From positions 96,038,001 through 96,102,000 of the forward strand of contig NC_135811.1 of NCBI RefSeq assembly GCF_964213995.1: a stretch of 64,000 nt of DNA, in the 5' to 3' direction. Below the pieces are notes generated by a model. The model was given only the letters and a program-made list of their open reading frames with translations, did no database searches and was not told where the DNA came from. The first letter of the stretch is position 1. Each line of letters begins with the position of its first letter. Positions 56,512 to 64,000 of the stretch are shown one piece after another. The DNA is from Mustelus asterias (lineage: Eukaryota). The position numbers and the translations under genes are program-made.

Positions 56512-56822
56512 GGGTGGTAATGGTGGCACAGTGGTTAGCGCTGATGCCTTACGGCGCCAGGGACCCGAGTTCGTTCCAGCCTCGGATGTCTGTCTGTGTG
56601 GAGTTTTCATGCTCTCCCCGTGTCTGCGTGGGTGCTCCAGTTTCCTCCCACACTCCAAAGATGTGCAGGTTAGGGTGGATTAGCCATGCTAAATTGCCCT
56701 TTAATGTCAGGAGGATTAGCAGGGTAAATATGTGGAGTTACAGGAGTGTGGCCTGGGTGGGATTGTGGTCGGTACAGACTCGATGGGCTGAGTGGTCTCC
56801 TGCTGTACTGTAGAGATTCTAC
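56512..56822 (+). mobile_element. V-SINE
   Basis: Head, V-domain, tail. Confidence 0.88.
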
Positions 56823-57324
56823 AATAAGATTGCAAGTAATGATTGAAATTAGACAAGGAAGAAAAGATTATTTTCTGAGATGCCCTGATACCATTTTATT
56901 CACTAATATTTAACATGACATATGATCTGTGGAACACAATGCCAAAGGCTCCACAAAGAAGAAATTAAAGAACATTTGTTCCTGCAACTTCCTTCCAGTG
57001 ACAGAACAGCGTACAAAGCCAACCACAACCATTGTTTCCTGTTATTTTCCTGAAATTGTCAACAGGTTTTTCCAACTGTTAAAGCATTCTTCAATCTGAT
57101 TGGCAGATGCCTCTGGTGTAATCAGGCAGGCGTATCCTGGACAGTTGGGAAATACCCAGTCCCAGCCCACAAGAGTCAGCATTAAAAAACCCAACACTCT
57201 CTGCCACAGGTCCTGCGTCCCTTAAATTTTACGGATTCCCCAGATGCGAGCGAGGCACGCTGTGGTCCAACAACCCCACGTTAATGACGCCAATGGGCTG
57301 TTTCTGGCCTCCCACCTTTTTTCT

Positions 57325-57630
57325 TTAAAGTTTATTTATTAGTGTCACAAGTAGGCTTACATTAACACCTTAATGAAGTTACTGTGAAAATCCCCCAGTC
57401 GCCACACTCCGGTGCCTGTTCGGGTACACTGAGGGAGAATTTAGCATGGCCAATGCACCTAACCAGCATGTCCTTGGAGTGTGGGAGAAAACTGGAGCAC
57501 CCGGAGGAAACCATGCAGACATGGGGAGAATATGCACACTCCGCACAGACAGTCATTCAAGCCGGGTATCAAGCCTGGGTCGCCAGCGCTGTGAGGCAGC
57601 AGTGCTAACCACTGTGCCACCATGCCGCCC
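57325..57630 (-). mobile_element. V-SINE with Rex1-like tail
   Basis: TTTATTTATTAGTGTCACAAGTAGGCTTACATTAACA. Confidence 0.85.
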
Positions 57631-58122
57631 AGCTTAGACCTACCATCTATGACCATGGGATAGGAGTTCCCCAAATCTGATGTGAAACCCACCTGAAAGA
57701 TAGACACGCAGTGGCACTCCTTTCACCCTCCTCAGTGAAGAAACAGCCTGTTGTTGCTCGCTGGATCTCTCCAATTCGCAAAGGGCTATGTTGAGTAAAC
57801 ACTTGAAACGTATTGTTCCTCTTAAAAAAGAATTCTCATTTAAAGTGTATTAGTCACAGAAAACTTTACACAGAAGGAGTTGAAAACTGGTGTCAATCTA
57901 TGTCTATCTCAGAATTGGAGAATCACAGAATTGTTACAGCTCAGAAGGAGGCCATTTGGCCCATTGTGTCTGTAGCAGCTCTCTGAATGATCAACTCACC
58001 TAATTCCATTCTTCCACTTTCTCCCCCTAACCCAAGCTCCCTAAATAAAAAAGATCGAAATTAAGATGAGGTAGAAAAGGTTTGCTTAGAGTCCAGTCCA
58101 AACACGTGCGGGTTAGGTTGAT

Positions 58123-58630
58123 TCATAGAGTCACAGAGGTTTACAGCAACTTCTCCATGCCGCCCTTTGTTTTTTAAACCCCTAAGCTAGTCCCAATTGC
58201 CCGCATTGGGCCCATATCCCTCCACCCATCTTACCCAGAAACTGTCTAAATGCGTTTTAAAAGACAAAATTGTACCCGCTTCTACGACTACCTCTGGCAG
58301 CTTGTTCCAGGCACTCACCACCCTCAGTGTGAAAAAATTGCCCCTCTGGACACTTTTGTATCTCTCCTCTCTCACCTTAAACCTATGCCCTCTAGTTTTA
58401 GACTCCCCTACCTTTGGGAAAAGATATTGACTATCTAGCTGATCTGTGCCCCCTATTATTTGATAGATCTCTATAAGATCATCCCTAAGCCTTCTACGCT
58501 CCAGAGAAAAAAGTCTCAGTCTATCCAGCTTCTCGTTATAACTCAAACCATCAAGTCCTGGTAGCATCCTAGTAAATCTTTTCTGCACTCTTTCTCGTTT
58601 AATAATATCCTTTCTATAATAGGGTGATCA
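58123..58630 (-). mobile_element. CR1 3' fragment nested in a SINE
   Basis: QKRFTRMLPGLDGLSY..TRGHRF; SINE sequence on both sides. Confidence 0.9.
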
Positions 58631-58670
58631 GATTGGCCATGGTAAATTACCCCTGAGTGTCAGGGAGATT

Positions 58671-59612
58671 CACAGTAAGAGTTTTAACAACACCAGGTTA
58701 AAGTCCAACAGGTTATTTGGTAGCAAATACCATTAGCTTTCGAAGTGCTGCTCCTTTGTCAGATGGAGTGGATATCTGCTCTCAAACAGGGCATACAGAG
58801 ACACAAAATCAAGTTACAGAATACTGATTAGAATGCAAATCTCTACAGCCAACCAGGCCTTAAAGATACAGACAATGTGAGTGGAGGGAGCATTAAGCAC
58901 AGGTTAAAGAGATGTGTATTGTCCCCAGACAGGACAGCCAGTGAGATTCTGCAAGGCCAGGAGGCAAGCTGTGGGGGTTACTGATAGTGTGACATAAACC
59001 CAACATCCCGGTTTAGGCCATCCTCATGTGTGCGGAACTTGGTTATCAGTTTCTGCTCAGCGACTCTGCGCTGTCGTGTGTCATGAAGGCCACCTTGGAG
59101 GACGCTTACCCGAAGATCAGAGGCTGAATGCCCGTGACCGCTGAATTGCTCCCCACAGGAAGAGAACAGTCTTGCCTGGTGATTGTCGAGTGATGTTCAT
59201 TCATCCGTTGTTGTAGCGTTTGCATGGTTTCCCCAATGTACCATGCCTCGGGACATCTTTTCCTGCAGTGTATCAGGTAGATAACGTTGGCCGAGTTGCA
59301 AGAGTAGGTACCTGGTAGACAGTGTTCTCACGTGAGATGATGGCATCCGTGTTGATGATCCGGCACGTCTTGCAGAGGTTGCTGTGGCAGGGTTGTGCGG
59401 TGTCGTGGTCACTGTTCTCCTGAAGGCTGGGTAGTTTGCTGCGGGCAATGGTCTGTTTGAGGTTGTGCGGTTGTTTGAAGGCAAGAAGTCGGGGTGTGGG
59501 GATGGCCTTGGCGAGATGTTCGTCTTCATCAGTGACATGTTGAAGGTTCTGGAGGAGATGTGTGGAGATGCCGGCGTTGGACTGGGGTAAACACAGTAAG
59601 AGTTTAAACAGC
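58671..59612 (-). mobile_element. PLE with GIY-YIG remnant and direct (tandem) partial pLTRs
   Basis: Homologous to 40199-41173; pLTR end segment present at both termini in the same orientation. Confidence 0.88.
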
Positions 59613-59624
59613 ATAATGCTCATT

Positions 59625-59915
59625 TGTGACTATGTGGAGTTTGCATGTTCTCCTCATGTCTGCATGGGTTTGCTCCGGGTGCTCCACTCTCCTCCTACAG
59701 TCCAAAGATGTGCAGGTTAGGTGGATTGATCATGCCAAATTGCCCCTACTGTCCCAAGATGTGTAGGGGAATTAGCGGGGTAAATGAGTGGGGTTATGGG
59801 AATAGGGCGGGGGTGGGTCTGAATAAGATGCTCTGTCAGAGAGTCGGTGCAGACTCGATGAGCCTAATGGCCTCCTTCTGCAATGTAGGGATACTATGAT
59901 TCTATGCTATGATTT
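59625..59915 (+). mobile_element. 5'-truncated V-SINE
   Basis: V-domain and tail. Confidence 0.85.
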
Positions 59916-61356
59916 GGAGAGCAGGGACAGATGTGATGGGCCGAATGGTTTTCTCCTGCGCCGTAATGATTGTGTGATACTATGATTCTGCACCAGGACT
60001 TGCCTCATCTATCATTCATAGTTGCATAAAAATGTTACATTCTGCTCCTTCTATTCCTTGACATCCTGAATTACATTGATGGAAACTATGTTTGGTTATA
60101 TAATTGAAATGTTATAGTGACCTGCTAGTAGATTTTTACTGAATTGTTTCTGAGGATCACTGAGTTGCACAAACTATTATCATATTATAAAATTAACCCT
60201 GTTTGATTTGCTTCTATTTAATGTTAGTTCATAACCAACATAACTCATGGTTCCTATGGGAGACACATAGCATCTGTCAGAGCACTATCTATCAAGAGGC
60301 TATAGTTGTAACCTATATTGTTTCCAGTGTGTACTCATTACCCAAGCTCAATATCCAAGATTATTCTGTCTCGAGCATCTAATAGGGTTTGTGGGTTTGC
60401 TAGTGGAACTGATCCATTGTACTGACCACAGAAAGATATGTGCAGTAAGGTACCTGGAGTTTAATATTGCCTCGAATGCTACATAACCTGTTGCATTCAC
60501 CAAACTGCTCAAATCTCTTCTTCATTTCACTTCTCTGATTAAAGTCACTCAAACTGGGGTTCACCAGGCACAGGCATCATCCACCACCTCGCCTGGATTG
60601 TCAAAGTCCACACAGAGATCTGGATGTGGAGGGATTGCAGTAATGGGCAACCTGTGGCCAGGGTGGGGGAGCCATATGCAGCCCATCAGGGTTCTGAGTG
60701 CAGCCCACGGTGAGCATTGCCTGGGCGCAGAGTTGCCTCATTCTGCTGGTTTCCATCTGCCATCTGGTTTGCAGTCCTACCGGTATGGCTGAAGTGATAC
60801 GCACATAAAGCAAGGGCAAGTGAAGTGAGATGTGTGCTGATTGCTCACAACATTGACTGTGAGAGCTCTCTGTGTCCAAAGTGTAAATATTTCTTTTGTC
60901 TTTATCATTAGAAGTTGATGGCATTTCTATTAATATATAAATGATTAAGCATTTTCTATAACTCAGTATTAAATACCTGATGTATATTAAATGTATTCAA
61001 TCTTATTCAAGGTTTATAGTTAGGGAACAAGCGTGATTTCAATCTTGCGTCCCACTAAGATGATGGAGGGCCACTCATGCGATGCGACCCACTCACTAAC
61101 CTAGGTTGCCCATCATTGCATTACAGCCAGACTCGATCTAGTCCTCACCTGGTTTCCACTGGCGAGCAGGAGCAAAGATGCCAGTTTATGTTTTCCCAAC
61201 GCTTTGCCCAAGGCGACAATTACTAACACCAGCAACGTCCTAACAGAGATTCAGCACCTCAGCACCAACCAAGCACTGGACCTGTTGCTCTCCCAAATTT
61301 GAATGCCTCAGTAACACATTGCACGGTGCATTTCTACACTGAGTAAGCTGTGGAGA

Positions 61357-61650
61357 GACATAGAGGTTTACAGCATGGAAACAGGCCCTTCGGCCCAACT
61401 TGTCCATGCGCCCTTTTCCTTTAACAACTAAGCTAGTCCCAATTGCCCATGTTTGGCCCATATCCCTCTGTACCCATCTTACCCATGTAACTTTCTAAAT
61501 GCATTTTAAAAGACAAAATTGTACCCGCTTCTACTACTGCCCCTGACAGCTTGTTTCAAACACTCACCACCCTCTGCGTGAAAAAATTGCCCCTTTGGAT
61601 CTTTCTGTATCTCTCCCCTCCCACCTTAAACCTATGCCCTCTAGTTTTAG
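61357..61650 (-). mobile_element. CR1 3' end
   Basis: Same subfamily as the copies at 58123 and 62805. Confidence 0.85.
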
Positions 61651-61785
61651 TACCCGGTGTCTTAGAAAGAACCAGGGGAAGATTGAGTCAGACACAATAT
61701 TGTCACTGAACTCAGACTGCTACAGCAGCATTGACTTCCCTGCTGAAGCTATTCTTAATGCAACAAGCTGTGTTTCTCTATGGGC

Positions 61786-62030
61786 GTCATGATGTGGAGA
61801 TGCCGGCGTTGGACTGGGGTAAACACAGTAAGAAGTTTAACAACACGAGGTTAAAGTCCAACAGGTTTATTTGGTAGCAAAAGCCACACAAGCTTTCGGA
61901 GCTCTTAGCCCCTTCTGTTTGTGAACAGAATTCCCACTCACCTGAAGAAGGGGCTAAGAGCTCCGAAAGCTTGTGTGGCTTTTGCTACCAAATAAACCTG
62001 TTGGACTTTAACCTGGTGTTGTTAAACTTC
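61786..62030. mobile_element. PLE family A hairpin with hammerhead motif
   Basis: TSD TTTCTCTATGG 61773-61783/62031-62041; CACCTGAAGAAGGGGCTAAGAGCTCCGAAAGCTTGTG. Confidence 0.87.
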
Positions 62031-62066
62031 TTTCTCTATGGACACCAGCTGGTCCTGGGTATAGGG

Positions 62067-62577
62067 CACAAAAACAGAAAATGCTGGAGAAACTCAGCAG
62101 GTCTGACAGCATCTGTGGAGAGAGAATAGAGCCAACATTTCAAGTCTGGATGACCCAGACTTGAAATGTCAGAACAACATAGAAACCCTACAGTGCAGAA
62201 GGAGGCCATTCGGCCCATCGAGTCTGCACCGACCACAATCCCACCCAGGCCCTACCCCCACACATTTTACCCACTAATCCCTCTAACCTACGCATCCCAG
62301 GACTCTAAGGGACAATTTTTAACCTGGCCAATCAACCTAACCCGCACATCTTTGGACTGTGGGAGGAAACCGGAGCACCCGGAGGAAACCCACGCAGACA
62401 CGAGGAGAATGTGCAAACTCCACACAGACAGTGACCCGAACCGGGAATCGAACCCAGGACCCTGGAGCTGTGAAGCAACAGTGCTAACCAGTGTGCTACC
62501 GTGCCGCCAGCTGAGTTTCTCCAGCATTTTCTGTTGTTGTTTCAGATTCCAGCACCCGCACTATTTTGCCTTTTATT
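62067..62577. mobile_element. PLE family B hairpin with nested V-SINE (62177-62508, minus)
   Basis: TSD TGGGTATAGGG 62056-62066/62578-62588. Confidence 0.8.
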
Positions 62578-62804
62578 TGGGTATAGGGTAAACTGCTTCG
62601 TTCATGAATTGAAAATAAAATCATCCTTTCACTTGATTGCTCCTGGTGCACTTTGACCTCCGAGTCCATGGGTTGATTTCTATCTGTATGACTGTGAATA
62701 ATTCAGTGGGTAGTGTGCGCCTCCTGCTGGCCTGACCCTCAGAAACTGGCCGCAGGGTCTGGAGAATGAAGCAGAATGGATTGTGCAAGATGCCTGTGAG
62801 ATAA

Positions 62805-63345
62805 AGGCCACACTTGGAAAACTGTGTACAGTTCTGGTCACCCTCTTATAGAAAGGATATTATTAAACTAGAAAGAGTGCAGAAAAGATTTACTAGGATG
62901 CTACCAGGACTTGATGGTTTGAGTTATAAGGAGAGGCTGGATAGACTGGGACCTTTTTCTCTGGAGCGTATGAGGGGTGATCTTATAGAGGTCTATAAAA
63001 TAATGAGGGGCACAGATCAGCTAGATAGTCAATATCTTTTCCCAAAGGTAGAGGTGTCTAAAACTAGAGGGCATAGGTTTAAGATGAGAGGGGAAGAATC
63101 AAAAGTGTCCAGAGGGGCAATTTTTTCACACAGAGGGTGGTGAGTGTCTGGAACGAGCTGCCAGAGGTAGTAGTAGAGGCGGGTACAATTTTGTCTTTTA
63201 AAAAGCGTTCAGTTACATGGGTAAGATGGATATAGAGGGATATGGGCCAAATGCGGGCAATTGGGACTAACTTAGGGGTTTAAAAAAGGGCAGCATGGAC
63301 AAGTTGGGCCGAAGGGCCTGTTTCCATGTTGTAAACCTCTATGAC
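62805..63345 (+). mobile_element. CR1 3' fragment
   Basis: RPHLENCVQFWSP..QKRFTRMLPG..TRGHRF. Confidence 0.9.
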
Positions 63346-63855
63346 TACAAATACCCTTCAAAAATAAGCAATTAGTGGCCCTGCAATAGGGAGTAAACCA
63401 CGATTTATTTTCACCTCTGATGTTGCGCAACGTAACCTGCAACATGTTTAGAAAAGCACTTTTGAGAGCAAGCAGCCAATCAGATAATCATCTTACAAAA
63501 GGAGCAATGGATTAAAATCTGGCAGGGAGGTGTCTGATATCTCTGGCTGCTGGGACGCCTTTGGTAACATTTCCCTGTGTCGAGTTGACGAGTCACATCT
63601 GGAAATGTGAGTGCCACTTGCACAATACGCGCTGCATTTCTGGTTTGTGATTTTCCTCAGACGGGGGCCTCTGATTTCTCACCTCTGATGGTGATAAATG
63701 GGGCCAATTAGCGACAGAGTTATTTTGAACCTGTGCCCGAGTCAGGCCGGTTCTACATGTTTCAGCAGCTTCCCGACAACCGGGTGGTGGGAGCGGCACC
63801 TTACTGGTAACACTGATGCGTTTGCCGGGTATGGTGTTGGCAGCTAACACGTTGT

Positions 63856-63990
63856 GGGCGTGAGCTTACTGGCCATTCACGCCCCACTGCCGCTGCAAGC
63901 AAGGATGGAGAATTTGGCACTCGGTCGAATCTCCGTTCATTGCAGCAGGACCCGAAAACACGGCGGCGGCGAGAACGGCCAGGCTATCCC
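63856..63990. mobile_element. ~135 bp MITE (same family as 56342-56476)
   Basis: GAGAATTTGGCACTC..AATCTCC...TGCAGC is the reverse complement of the 56342 copy. Confidence 0.65.
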
Positions 63991-64000
63991 CTGTTTGGTG

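Noticed and set aside
63593-63850. 85-aa minus-strand ORF as an exon
   Set aside because: No recognisable homology or supporting exon chain
35000-64000. STAT5 or another protein-coding gene downstream
   Set aside because: No recognisable exons on either strand; the ORFs are repeat-derived or unassignable

Overview
Eukaryotic (vertebrate) genomic DNA, most likely a shark/elasmobranch, judged from HE1-type V-SINEs and CR1, Penelope and Rex1 repeats. The + strand carries the complete coding region of STAT3: 23 coding exons from ATG 4152 to TAA 31953, all GT-AG and in phase, 2313 nt = 770 aa. The activating tyrosine is Y704 (human Y705) and the PMSP serine is S727. A probable 3'UTR of about 2.5 kb follows, and the non-coding exon 1 lies upstream of the window. 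Introns and the ~30 kb downstream contain only repeats that I can identify: tRNA-derived SINEs, CR1/L2/RTE/Rex1 LINE fragments, a decayed Gypsy element, MITEs and many Penelope-like element (PLE) insertions. Most interesting: (1) about 14 PLE insertions from two families, many of them head-to-head hairpins, with fixed termini and 10-14 bp target-site duplications (TSDs). They carry minimal hammerhead-ribozyme motifs with compensatory stem changes, several in sense orientation inside STAT3 introns. (2) A STAT3beta-like reading frame (LFDALWK*) in exon 23 although the mammalian beta AG acceptor is absent. (3) Divergent residues in the phosphotyrosine tail and SH2 domain (pY-L-K-R, S614N). (4) An RTE inserted at the exon 3 splice donor. 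Repeat boundaries are approximate. Comparisons with human or teleost STAT3 are from memory and need alignment.
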